Part shown: piece by piece, positions 1 through 12,021 of the stretch
Position numbering within the stretch: the stretch's first letter is position 1
Layout: every line of letters starts with the position of its first letter
Assembly (NCBI GenBank): GCA_009602725.1
Contig: WELB01000028.1
Span: 523,972 to 587,971 of the forward strand
Length of the DNA: 64,000 nucleotides
Direction: 5' to 3'
Source: Spirogloea muscicola
Taxonomy: Eukaryota
Translations under genes and position numbers: made by a program
The notes under the pieces: generated by a model
Told to the model about the DNA's origin: nothing
Database searches by the model: none
The model's input: only the letters and a program-made list of their open reading frames with translations

Positions 1-1725
1 GCGGCGGCCATGCCGGCGGCCGGACAACGCCGCCGCCGCTCGCGGAGGTGCAGTCGTGCGGCTCGGAGGAGGAACGGCGACGGCGGCTGCAGCGGCTCGT
101 CGCCGGGCTGCGCGACTCGGCCGGCCGCGAGGACCTCGTGGAGGCCTTCCGCATGGAGCTCCTGCAGCAGGTGGCCAGTGTGCACGGCTACACCAAGCTC
201 GTCCTCGGGCTCTGCGCCACCCGCCTCGCTGCGCGCAGCCTGGCTGCCGTCGCCAAGGTCGGGCTGCACCGCTCCCCAGCGCGCACCTCGTGGCCGCCCG
301 CTGGCTTCCCTGCATCACCTCCAGCCGTCTGCCATGCTGAAGTCGTGATGACGTTGAAATTGGCGTTTGCTGCCGTGGCCAGGGCCGGGGTTTTGCACTG
401 CCGGCGGACGTGCAGTGCTTCGACGCACGGCACCCTGTTCCCGTCGTGCTCCCACTGCGGGACTGCCTCGCCCGAGAGCTCGCCCTCCACTGCCACTTAG
501 CGAGGTCGGACGTTCAGACAGCCGCATCCTTCTCATGGCCGTGTGACAGTTCAGCGGCGCTGCAGCCCAGGGGCTCCACTTTCGGCCGACAGGCCTTTGC
601 CTGCCCTGCTTACCTACCAATCAGCGAACTCTACTTGCTAAGTGTGGTTGTTTATGCGGGTCAGCTTAACAGCCGGTGGTGAAGATCTGTAGATGTGCTT
701 GCCTGTGTATACGGACTTGCAGGCCCTCCATCATTCAATGCATTTTCTCCATTCTCCACAGGCTGCAGACGGCATTCGTTCCTGTGCTTGCGGCGATGGC
801 ACCGCCAAACGCCAGCATTAACAGCCTCGCCCACAACTTTGTCACGCTCCTCCAGGTTGGGCTTTCTCAGCTGTGCCACCTCTGCTGATGGGGGTGTGCC
901 TACTTCTCTTCGACAAGCCACGGATGTGTCTGCTGGCCACACGAGACGAGGTCGAGGGGGCATGTGCTGCCATCTGTCAGCGCAACTTTGCTGTCCTTAA
1001 TTTGAAGTCCTTTGCCTGATAGCTGGACCCTCGAAGACCATGAATTGATGTCGTAAACCCCAGAATCTCCAAGTACTGTTGTGCAGGAAGATAATCCATC
1101 ACGTGTGCACACGATCCTGCGCACAGTGCTAAAGCTCAAGGCGTTCCCGTGCAATCAACCGCCGGGGATGAACGCTATGAACAAGGACGGCGTTGCACCC
1201 CCGCCTACTGGCGGGCCCGATGCCAGCGACCTTTGCACATGCTCGATCTGCTCAGCACCTCTCAACGCCAAGGATTGTGCTATCGCCCAAGCAGACGACT
1301 TCACCCCGCCTGGCAGGGAGATGGACGCCTTGGAAGAGGCATTCCGCCGCAGCACCTGCCGCAGCTGCCGGCACCAGGTCCTGGGGGCCGGGGGCGGTGG
1401 CAGCGCCAAGACCTCTGGCGGTGGTATTGGCAGCCTTCTGCCCCCCACCTTGCAGGTTCGGGCACTGGCAGCGGTCTCCTCCGCTGCTGCAGATCGCCGT
1501 GAGGCCGTGAGGTCAGCTGGCTCCTCCTCTCCCTGCAACGAGTGTCGGGGCTTGGGGTAGTCTTAGCAGTATCAGCCTGTCCTTGGCTCTGGCACTGGCA
1601 TAGAACTGGGGGCCTGAAGCAGACTTCGTCAATGGCGGTGTCAATGGGCGCTTTGCTTGTGGTGTTGCAGGTCTCAGATCCAGGAGCATCTGCTGGACGA
1701 TGGTGGTGAAGACAGTGTTACATAA
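1..1725 (+). CDS. CTU2: Cytoplasmic tRNA 2-thiolation protein 2, 3' part (5' end outside window), spliced
   Basis: Exons ~1-257, ~383-503, ~761-855, 1087-1511 and 1671-1725 join via GT-AG introns to give ...EDLVEAFRMELLQQVASVHGYTKLVLGLCATRLAARSLAAVAK|GRGFALPADVQCFDARHPVPVVLPLRDC...SINSLAHNFVTLLQ|EDNPSRVHTILRTVLKL...CSICSAPL...CRSCR...SQIQEHLLDD*. This matches the plant CTU2 motifs KGRGYSL, PLRD, ENPS..TIVRT and the C-terminal CxxC pairs. Confidence 0.9.
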
Positions 1726-2493
1726 TGCCGCAGATTGCTGCCAGATTGATGGCTGCCGGCAAAAGACACCCCAAGGGCGGCAGTCGGTGCATTGAAAGTG
1801 AGCTCTCCATACCCGCCTCTTTCCTTGTCCTTGTTGCAAGTGCCTAGACCTTGATTCCTGCCCTGCATATCAACCACATGTCATTGTATCTGGATGGCGT
1901 CCCTCAGTCATCTGCTGGCACTTACTCGACATCAGAGGCCGGCTTGGAGGCAGGTCGAGCTCGACCGAAGCCAATTAGCAACCTACTCGCTGCCACCATG
2001 GAGACCATCAGATTGAGGTGACAATGTGCATCGCACGCTTCTCTGAGCCAATCTGGCTGGCCTGGGTTAGACATCAAAGGCTCAGCACTGCTCAACATGC
2101 GTGCCTCCTCACTGAGTTGCCTTATTGGAGCCATCTTCCACTCTGTGCTGCCGTGCTCCCAGCGGGGCTCCACACATTGTCCACATTCGGCGCCTCTGGC
2201 TGAGTTGCGCTCGCAGGTGAGTGCAAGGCCTGGAAGGACAACTTTGCAACTCTTGGCCCCCTGTGCCAATGGCCGCGTGGATCAGACATTTGGCAGTCCG
2301 AGGGCTCAAGTGTATGGCTGCTTAAGTCCTTGCAAGGCGGCATCTTTTGCATGCTTGGGCCTGACACCTCATGCTGCCACTGCTCGGGTTCTTGTAGCAA
2401 ACTGTGCTGTCACTGCATGAGGTGCTTTTAGAGCCGCACTGGTCAGGGCCATAAGCAGAGGTGACAAATGTGACGAATGAATTTATTATCTGC

Positions 2494-5400
2494 TTATTTA
2501 ACTTCGCCAAGAAAGGTGGCATCCATGCGCAGAGCGCTGCTCACTGGCGAAGTCAAGGCGGCAGTGACTATACGGCCGCCGCCGCTTGAGCGCATGATGA
2601 TTGTGGTACCATCAAGAAAGCTGGGGATCCAGCCGTACAACGGGCTGACCAGGGCTGGCCTGCCATTGCCAAAATCGAGGCTGTGCATGTCAAAGCGCGC
2701 CCAGGAGGAGAGGATCAGGCCATGGCCTGGCGGCCCAGCTGTCTCCATGATTGGCGGTGGCGGTGCGTTGGGATCAAAAGTGTGCTGTGCCTTTGCGTAG
2801 GCTGCATCAACGGCCGCCACTCGGCTCCTCATCAAGCGCGCCACCTGGCCTGCTGACAGCCTGCAGCAATTTGTGCACTGAGCGAGGGTGAGGGCGCTCA
2901 TTAAGACGATTAGTTCAGCTTATGATCGACATATCTGGCACATGTTGAGTTGTTCACAGGTTGTGAGCTCTACTTAGAATTGCCACATCTGAAGGTCTGA
3001 CATACGTGTCATGCTTGGAGTGTTGAGGAAGGAGCATCGAGGGATGACGCTTAGGAATCCAGTGATGCACATGACGAGGCAGCCTTGGTTAGGGTGGGCA
3101 TGGTTGTGCTTACCTCAGGAGTGTCATGGAGGTGAGCACAATGTTGGGCCCACCCAGCACGGCGTTGCCAAAGTAAGTGGCTGGCAATGGCGGCAGCAGC
3201 CGTGGCCGCAGGTCCACTGCCCGCTTGCACATCAGCCGCCGAGCCGATTGCAGGCTGCTGGAAGGCGCTGCCCGTGCCCTCTCCACTGCCTGCCGCCATG
3301 CAGCATGCCGCGCCGCTACCCACGAGCTGGCCGGTCAGAAGGCATCCACCAGCCGCAACTGGCCAACGACAGTGGGCCAAGCCATGAGCAACTCGAGGAT
3401 GAGGGGCTATCTAGTTGCCACCGCACTTTGCCATCGCTGGGCTTGGTGCCCTTGCTGTGGCAAGCATGCTAGGGGCCAAGTATGGCGCAGAGGCTTGCTA
3501 GAAGGTGGCGCAGCTGCAGATAGTCAATAACTAAGGAACACAATCAACAGAGACCCGGGAGGGTTTGGTTGACGGGGCGCTGGAGGATGGAGGGAGAGAG
3601 GGAGAGAGGGCAGGAAGTAAGAAAGAGAGGGTGGCAAGACAAAGAGGCAAAAGGTTGGCAAGGTGCTGCGTACGAGCCAGAGGTGTGCGCTGAGGGCGTC
3701 GTCGGTCGAGACCCAATCGACCATGGCGGCCTCGGCACACAAACTTTCCAGCTCTGAGCTGTGGTGGCAGTGGTCGGCAGCGACATCTCTATTAGACACT
3801 TTCGTTGCCTGGTCACTGATGACACTGGCGTCTTCGCTGCCGCGCATGGCCTCGCTCTTCAAGCGCTTGAGCTTTTCCTCGGTGAATGTCAGCTGCACTG
3901 CAGCCGGGCATGCTGACATCCAGTGAGTGTATGCGGCAACACACTGTCACTCGAAGCCCCTGAAGCCTGCAATTGGGCTTTGGGACTTTTTGGAAAAAAA
4001 GGGTCAACGGATTGCTGCAGCAGCACAGAGTTGCGGCTCCAGGCAGCATGCTCAGGGCCGCGGCAGCGGCGGCTCACCAGCAAGGACCTTGGGCTGGGCC
4101 ACCGAGGCCGCCAGCTGGAGCACGAGCTGAGCAACCGGCCACATCCCCTTGGCCCATGCAACCAGACTCCCGGCCAGGGTGCCGGTGCGGCGACGGGAGC
4201 TCTTACGTCGCCCCTGGGCCCCCTCCGCCTCCCTCTGCCCGCCGGCCATGGCAATCTCAAAGAGAGCGCGGTCGTGCACAGGCTGGTCGGCAGGTGCGAC
4301 GACCTCGCTTCGCGCAAGCGCGCCCCAGGCGGTCGTGAGGCGTGCTATGCTGGCGGCATCGCACACGCGGTGGTCCCAAGCAAGCGCCACGACGACGCCG
4401 CCGCACTGGAACGCCGTGCACTGCACGGAGAGCAGGGGGCGCGCTCCCAAAATGCCCTGGGAGAAAAAGAGGACTCCAGCCGCCGCCGCCGCAGCCGCCG
4501 CCGCCGCCGCCGGAAGACACGAACCTGCAAAGGTCAGGCGTTGCTCGAGCAATCTCAAGCCATCTCAAGCGAACAAGGTGATGGCCAATGAGGGTGATTG
4601 GCTGTGGGGACTGGTAGCAGGGCAGGGACTAGTGAGCTCACAAAGGGCGGGAGAGGTGCGAGCAGGCCTGGCGGCAGATTGCATGGCTCAAGCCGGGGGA
4701 CGGCCTCCGCCAGCGTCGCATCTGCTACTGCCTCGACAAAGTCCACACCTGCACCATCAAAATTGCCCTGGTGTGTAGATTAGCGCCCAGCTCGAGCATG
4801 AGCGATGCAGCTTACGTCACAGACAACCCTCATCTCGATAACAAGTTCAGCAAACCTCTACACCCTGTAATGCTCAAGCTAGTATTCTTCTACGTATCTC
4901 TGTTGTAGTGGCAAACCTGCATTATTGCAGTGGATGTGCTTGCAGCCATCGATGTCCTTGAGCCGGCCTGCGAAGCGCGAGCACCGTCGCAAGCGCATCA
5001 GGTATTGCTGGTGTGTTGCATTACAGCAGGTGGGTGATGACAATCCTGCTCTGCCACCCAGCCCTGAGGTACACCGAGGCGCCACAGCTGCCAAGGGCAC
5101 TGGTGACGGCAGCGGCGGCGATGCTCGCCTGCAAACGGGTAATAGAGGGCCAGCGCTGCCGCCAGTGATGCCTGCATGCGTGCATATGCAATCAACAAGC
5201 TCAGCCAACAGTGCGGCTGCCACAAGCAGTCCTAACAGCCGCATCACAAGGCCTCATGTAAACAACAACGCCTATTGGGCGGGCAAAGGTGGACCTTGAG
5301 CGTGGCAGATACTGTCCCGGCGGCAGGGACAGTGGGAGGGCAAGCTGGCGGCTTGTACGCGTAGATGATAGGCACGTAGAAGGGCGGCATACGGAGGTCA

Positions 5401-5656
5401 TTGGGGCTGCCATGGTGGACGCAGAGCGAAAGCTTTCAGCTGCTGAGAACCCAAAGGCGGCTGCTGCCTCCAGCAGTGGCTCAAGTGGGGGTGCGAGGCG
5501 TGCAAGTGGGTGCTCGTGAGAGAGCTCACCTGAGGGGCAGCAGGTCGCCGAGGCGGTGGTCTGGCGGTAGCGGCCCCGCCGCGGCCACGGTACCCGCCCA
5601 AAGGCGGCGGATCCTCACGGCGGCGGCTGCAAAGAGTGGGGGCCTGTGACGGACAT
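2494..5656 (-). CDS. BAHD-family acyl-CoA acyltransferase, about 10 exons; start codon uncertain
   Basis: Spliced motifs LSPNDLRMPPFYVPIIYAY, SLAAALALYYPFAGRL, CNNAGVDFVEAVAD, the catalytic HxxxD (QCTAFQCGGVVVALAWDHRVCDAAS), VSTDDALSAHLW, AVDLRPRLLPPLPATYFGNAV and a DFGWG-like LSSWARFDMHSLDFGNGRP. Stop at 2494. Confidence 0.9.
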
Positions 5657-5871
5657 GGGGAGGAGGCGGAGGCGGGAGGCGCGTCGCCAGGGCGCCGCCC
5701 CTAGCCGCGCACCTCCTTTGCCTCGTCCCCTTCTCTTCGTCCTCTCACGCCACCCCTGCAGCAGCCCGCGCAGGTTGGCGCGCAGGCAAGCAGATGCGGC
5801 TTGTTCAAGGAGCCGGGGGAAGGAGTGGTTTGTTGGTGAAGGGGCGGAAGGGAATACCGGGGGAGGAAGGG

Positions 5872-5905
5872 AGGGGGAGAGAGAGAGAGAGAGGAGGGAG
5901 GGAGA

Positions 5906-5976
<71 letters not shown>

Positions 5977-6004
5977 AGGGAGAGGGAGAGGAGAGGGGGG
6001 GGAG
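5872..6004. repeat. (GA)n/(GGGAGA)n microsatellite
   Basis: Long GA dinucleotide run seen directly; it abuts the 3' end of a retroelement fragment at ~6010. Confidence 0.97.
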
Positions 6005-7189
6005 GTAGAGAGTGCGGCTGCTGATATCGAAAGAGCGGCTGGGAAAGCCGGCCAGATGCATACAGGTGTTCTTGACGGAGCAACAGGGTGGGGCAGACAG
6101 GGCGCGCTCTGGTACCCCCCGGGTCAGCAGTAGCACGTCAGATGAGCTGAGGGGAGGGTCGAGGGGGGAGCTGGCCCTTCAGCGGGCCCTCCAGCTGGCG
6201 TCCCATGCTACAACACCCATCCTTCCCCTCACCTTAATCCTCCTTGCAGGGCAACCCCTTTCCAGACAACAGCTTTTCCAATCACGGCAATGGCTGTGAG
6301 AGGCCAGCCCAAAGGAAAGACACTTCCAGTAGAGGGCGGTGGCTGTGAGAGGCCAGCCCAGAAATAGAATTGAAATAAGTTCGAAGAGAATGGCGCGCCC
6401 TGAGAGAAGAGGGGCTAGCAAAGCCAGCCCAGGAAAGAATGGACAAAGTTCGAAGGGGACAGAGAATGAGAGAAAGCTCTGAAGCACACAGTGAATCTAG
6501 TGGCCACGAAGCACTCAGCACCTTCTGTTGAGTTCCGGGTCCCAGGTTCCGTCATGGCGACGTCTTTTCGCCCTCTAGCTATTCCGACCTGCACTCAGTG
6601 ACCAGAGGTTACTGAAAGCCTACTTGCTGACGTCTTAGCGATTAGTATCTTGCTTCTTGCGCCATCCGGCCCTTTCAGACCTTGTCCATCTCTTTATCGC
6701 TGGCCTCTCACAGCCACTGCTGTCAATCTGGAGGCGCTGTTGAGCAGCCGCAGGTCAGAGAAACTAGTCTCCGGTAAGCGGAGAAAGAAATGTATAGATA
6801 CAGGAATGTACAATTGTGTGGAATACCACACGAATGGGCGGCCTGGGCTGCGGTCGTTGGAACAACTGGCGCAGGCAGCCTAAGTGGGTTGCCGGCACCA
6901 GGCTGCCTCCCTACTTCCCTTGCAATTTAATGGCTCAATCTGGCCACCCTTCATATCACGAGCAACGCGCGCCTTCTCTCCTTGCACTTCCCTTGTCTGG
7001 CTGGCCCTGCAGCCGAGGTAGAGGAAGGCTCCGCACTGCAAGCGCAACTGAGGAGCATCCGCGAGTCCGCTATCTGCTCCTTCCCCACCCTGAAATTCCT
7101 CCTCACTCCTCTCTCAGGGCTGAAGTGGCTCTCCCAGTGGGGGCAAGGGCTGTGAGAAGCCAGCCCAGCTCTCTCAGCGCTTGCCCAAA

Positions 7190-7368
7190 GAAGAAAGTGC
7201 GCGCCCATAGAGAAGAGGGGCTGGCAAAGCCAGCCCAAAAAAGAATGGACAATGTCCAAAGCCAAAGAAAGAGGAGCCGGAAAAAGGACTACACTACAGA
7301 ACACTGCAGAACACATGGACGATGCAGAGGGAAGCTCAGTACCCACGAGTGAGCAACATCAGGTCTGA
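7190..7368 (-). mobile_element. 5'-truncated CRE-like element, 179 bp, with 8-bp TSD
   Basis: Contains SDLMLLTRGY* plus a complete 3' UTR ending cactttcttc. Flanked by TGCCCAAA at 7182-7189 and 7369-7376. Confidence 0.8.
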
Positions 7369-7379
7369 TGCCCAAAACC

Positions 7380-8284
7380 CGGACAAAGGGGCACAGGCTA
7401 GACTTATTGCTGCAGTCGACGTTTCACGTCGCAAGTTTAAGAAGGACGCCAGAAAACAGAAACAACTCAAGGAGTTTGGCACGACTCACCTCTCTTGCAA
7501 CACCTGGGGCTACTGACTGGCTCAATGATGACGCCATCCACACTGCCTCAAGATCAGCCCCGATGCATATCGGACGAACCTCCAATCTGTGCCTTGGCCT
7601 GCCTTCCACTGGCTGTCCGGTGTCCGTCAGTGTTCGCGCGCGTGGAGGGCGGAGACCTCGCTACGCATATGCTGCGATGTTCCACTGGCCTGAAGTGGTG
7701 AGCGTTCACAATCTACGACAAAATGCCCCGGCGGAATTGATGCGTGACGCCGGCTACAACGCTATTGTGGAAGTGAGCAACATCATGCCCATCACCACGG
7801 ACGCTCAGGGACGCCTTCACCGTCGCACCGTAGACATTGTGGGTGTAGGACCTGGCAGAGGCTCACGAGCCTTGGTCGATGTGGTTGTGTTGGAGGCGTA
7901 CAAGAGTCCAGCATCGACCCACATTGCTGGACACTAGTGGGAAGTGCAGAGCAGAGAAAGCTGCAGCACTATTCTGACTACTCACGTAGCGATCACCTCC
8001 TACCAGCCGCAATTGACACCTTTGGCTTATGAGTCCTCCTTTTCATACCCTACTTGAGAACATCGCCAGTCTAGGTTATGCAAGTCTTGAGGATATGCTT
8101 CCAGCCGAAATGGGCATGCCTATTTGTCGTTTTTGCGACGTTGTGTGTCAGCCAGTTTGCCGCGAGCTCAGGCTCATGCATTGCACCAGAAAGCTGGTCG
8201 AGCTGTAGCTGAAGTCAAGTGCCGTCTGGTATTCGGGCATCAGTTAGCGACCTCTCTTTCTACGTGCTGACTCGTGGTTACTGA
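7380..8284 (+). pseudogene. Degenerate zinc-knuckle plus RLE endonuclease region of a CRE-like ORF
   Basis: Reads ATPGATDWL...LCLGLP...C.C...HMLRC...SVHNLRQ...LMRDAGY...E...RRTVDIVG...LVDVVVLE...AEQRKLQHY...AAIDTFG...RAQAHALHQKAGRA...LTRGY*, with frameshifts and stops. Confidence 0.75.
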
Positions 8285-9243
8285 GCGGGTCAGCTTAGCA
8301 GCAGTGATGTACACTTAGTCAATAGAAAACAGGCGCGCGTACGCATGGTATCAAAGGCAGGCCAATACGAGCTTTACAAAGTGTAACAGGGCATTATGCT
8401 GCCGTCCGGTAACTGCCGTCCAGTATTCAGACGTTTATTCGCGACCTCTACTTGCTGACCCGTGGTTCCTGAGCTCTTCCGACGAGCAGCAGATCATCGA
8501 TGTGCTTGCTGTGTCCCACCATTCTCCTTCCCCTCTCTACTGGCTTTCACAGCCACTTTTTGACATCAGCAGTCGCGTTCTCTGGTTCTCGGGCACATCA
8601 GGCCCTCCAACAGTCGATGGCGTCTGTACAAAGAAGAACGATTCTTCTAGTAGAGGGCGATGGCTGTGATTAGCCAGCCCAGGAAAGGATGGAAAGTAAA
8701 CTTATAGAAGCTTCTCAATACAAGCTTTACCACCTTGACGCTGCGCTGTGAGCGGGCCCTCGACACGTTCTCCTCACCCTCTCCTCTATATGCCCTCTGC
8801 ATGCACCCACCAAAAAGAATACTATTAAGAGAAAGCTAGGCTAGCTTTTACAGGCGCACGCTCTCTCTAGCCTGTGGCTCTGCTAATGTAGTCATAAACA
8901 CCCTCTGCATGCACCTGGTGGGCTTTCACAGCCGCTCTCTTGAAATCAGCTTTTTCGGCCCCTTGTTTTAATATAAGCAGCCACATTCTTATCTCTCCTT
9001 ACTCGAGCACGTCCCTCCCCTGCCGCCCCTTGCTGCGGTGGCCACTGCAGGCCCACCGCCGTTTCAGCCATGGCGACTGAAAGCCTCCCTGCGACACTTC
9101 CAGGTCAGTCCCGCCCCCCGCCAAGGAGCCCTGCTGGACAACTCTTCCTGCAGTGATGGCAGGTGCCGCCGTAGCCGCGAGCTGGGGAGCGTCTCCTCGT
9201 TGCACTGCGGCGTTGCATAGGGCGAGCACGCTGAAAGAGGGCG

Positions 9244-10773
9244 ATGGCGAGTGTGCTGCGGCGTGGCGGCGCAGGCAAGCGCACGAGAGTCGAGGCTGCC
9301 GGTGTCCAGAGCGGAGCATCCGACGACGGTGGAGTTGGCGACCGCGGTGATGAGGGGGAGCTCTCGTCGCAGTTCCGAGTCTACGCCGGCCAGTTGGACG
9401 CCATCGTCAGACCCTACTCTGAATCCTAAGCTCAGAGACGAAAACTTCAATCTATTTTCCATCTTGAAGACTGTAACCCCTACCCGCCCTCTTCTCTGGG
9501 CCTGCCGCTCGCTGCTGCTGCTGCGGCCGCCCTGGACGTCGTTGCAGCTTGGCCCACCAGTTCCCTGATGGCGTCAGCGTGGCAGGCGTGCCCATGGCGG
9601 CATAGAACGAGCGCCGTGAGCTCCTCGTCAAGGCGAGCCGCGACGTCACCATACACAGCAAGAAGGTCATCTTTGCAATCCACCGGTGTGTACCGCCACC
9701 TCTTCTGCTGCCGCCAAGGCTGGTCCGACAGCACCCTCACTTCATCATCCACTCAATACACACTCGCAACCTGCGCCGCAGGATGTCAGCGGGCACGCGG
9801 GCGGCGGTGCTGGAGTCGGCGTCTGCCGAATTGGGCACCGTGCGTGGCCGCCACGTGGCGCGTATCGCCGCGGAGCTCCGCGCAGAGGACTACTGGCGGC
9901 TGCGCGGCGCTTTCTCACCGGGGGCAAGCACACTCAAACCCAGCCACAGCCGCTGTGTACTTCATTTGCCATCTGGCTGCCTCCCCAGCTCGTGGGGCAC
10001 AATTGCTGACGCCTGCAACGGTCGCACAGATGCAGGAGTATATTGAGGCCGCAACTCTGTTGGAGTACTGCCGAAAGGGGCGGCTGCTGACGCCTGCAGA
10101 GCTGGACAGCGGTCTGGCGGAGCTGGCGGATGCAGACGGCTGCCCATTCCGCTCCAGCTTGGCAGACTACCTCCTCGGCGTGAGGGCCGGCGCTGCAAAT
10201 CGGAAGCGCACCCACCCAAAGACCAAGCCATGGCGCCAGCTCGCCGCTGGTTTGGAGCAGGGATATAATACGACTGATCTGCGTGTGGCTTGGTTGCCTG
10301 GCTACCCAGGTTGCTGATCTCACTGGCGAGCTCATGCGCCTGGCTATCGGCAGCGTTGCTGGCGCTGGGAGCGTCGGCTCCGCAGGCAATGAGGCGGCAG
10401 AATCATGCAGTTTCGTTCGCGCGGTGCATAGTGGTTTCAGCCAGCTACCGAAGGCTGGCGAGCTGGCCCGCGAGCTGCCGCGCAAGCTCGAGGTCATGCT
10501 GCAGAGTCTTGGGAAGATTGAAAACGGTAAAATAATTGCTGCTGCCAGTGTGCCTCCGCCGTGCCGCGCTGTTGCTGGCATTATTGGATGTCATGGTGGG
10601 CAGCAAGAGATCAGCTGACCATCAGGGACACTGGCTCGTCGTGGCGGCTGGCTGCTGCGTGTGCAGCGAGCTACGCAGTGCACGTGCGTGGATGCGAGTA
10701 CCCGGCCGACATGCTGGCTGCCCAACTCCTAGGTGGCGGCGGTGGTGATGGCGACATGCTGGAGATGTTGTGA
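9244..10773 (+). CDS. TSNAX: Translin-associated factor X (TRAX), catalytic subunit of the C3PO RNase; 6 exons
   Basis: Spliced: FRVYAGQLDAI|NERRELLVKASRDVTIHSKKVIFAIHR|...DYWRLRGAFSPG|MQEYIEAATL...DYLLG|VADLTGELMRLAI...KLEVMLQSLGKIEN|ASYAVHVRGCEYP. The TRAX signatures SRD(I/V)T..SKK.IF..HR, QE(Y/F)(I/V)EA and DLTGE, with their acidic catalytic residues, are present. Confidence 0.93.
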
Positions 10774-11844
10774 AGCGGTGTGATGCTCATGCATTTGGTT
10801 GCTTGTGACCGCCTAAGCAGCAGATGGGGTAGCTCGGGTGGTGAAAGGACTGCAGCTGCCCTTTAGTCCTGCTTGTAAATACCAGGTGCCTGCGCCCGGT
10901 TGTGCCAGCTCGCACCAAGTGGACGGGAGGAACACAATGCTGTAACCACACTCTGCCTGTCTACGAGCAACCTGCCAGAGTGAAGGAGGTATGCTGTCCT
11001 AAGGAAGGACCTTGGAGAGCTCAGACAGTGCTGAATTCAGCTGTAAGTCTCAAGCCGACAGTCTCGAGCTGACTCAAGGCTGGCATCCGCGACTAAAATT
11101 CCGTGTCAATTACTTCGCCACTCAAGAGAGCATGCTGCCCATGGAGGCCTCAGAGGTCGTTGCTTGTAAGGCGTCATGGTGCTGACGACCACCTCAGCGA
11201 CAGCTGTCAGGGTTGATGAGCTGCTGTGAGCGCCACAGTGCGCTAAGCTTGCAAAGCAAGCAAGATGAAGTCGCAGATGACAGTTTCGCCCGTCCAAAGA
11301 GCCGAAGCTCCTCCTAGCACTTGCAAGGTCTTTGCAGCACATTCTGACTTTGAACCACCAGGTCAAGCCCTGAGTCTTGCATTGGCACGTCGGGCTGGCT
11401 GCGCTGCACCAACACTTTCGCTACCACCACTGTGCAATCTGCAAATCATCTCATGTACTGGCTCAAATAGGCCTCCGTTCATCTCAGGTGCACACCGCGC
11501 CTACACAGACAACCATCGCCGCCGTTTGTAAGAGCGTAAACCTCTTGTGGAGCTGGCCTTGCCGTCGTAAAGAGAAGGCCCACGGTTGCGCATGAACCGA
11601 AAGGGAGGCCAAAGCGTTGGGGCCAAGTGGGGAGGCGCCGAGACGAGAACCCGCCCAACGACGTTCTGACCGCTCAGACAAGCCCACAAGGGCCTTAAGC
11701 GCCGTCGGCTCGACGGCCGCAGCCCATGCTTCCCCGAACGTGATGCTCGTTGTTGGGCCGACGCTGCGAGTATATGGGGAGAGGGCGACTTTTGACGACG
11801 GCGGGCCCGCCCGACCCTGCTATCGGCAGTTGAGGCCGGGTGTC

Positions 11845-11881
<37 letters not shown>

Positions 11882-12021
11882 TGCCGCGGCCGCGATCACA
11901 GGGGGAGGCTCTCGCTCTCTGCGCCGACGATGTCGCCGCCCTGAGCCGCCCGCCCTGGCCGCGATGCCCGCCGCGGTTATCGCCGCAGCAGCCGCGCCAC
12001 GGGTTCTGGCCCGACGGCGGA

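Larger units (their letters stand above)
6008..8995. mobile_element. Cluster 1 of truncated CRE-like (RLE) non-LTR retrotransposon 3' ends, both orientations
   Basis: LLTRGY-type termini at ~6112-6130(-), ~6597-6615(+), 7337-7360(-), 8265-8284(+) and 8453-8472(+), plus repeated 3'-UTR motifs (ttgtccattc...gggctggc...cagccc) shared with the other clusters. Confidence 0.8.

Noticed and set aside
5615..6136. ORFs with SLSLSL/RERERE runs
   Set aside because: Translations of the GA microsatellite.
10800..11600. Possible ncRNA or small ORF between TRAX and SEC24C
   Set aside because: No convincing box motifs, structure or protein similarity by eye.
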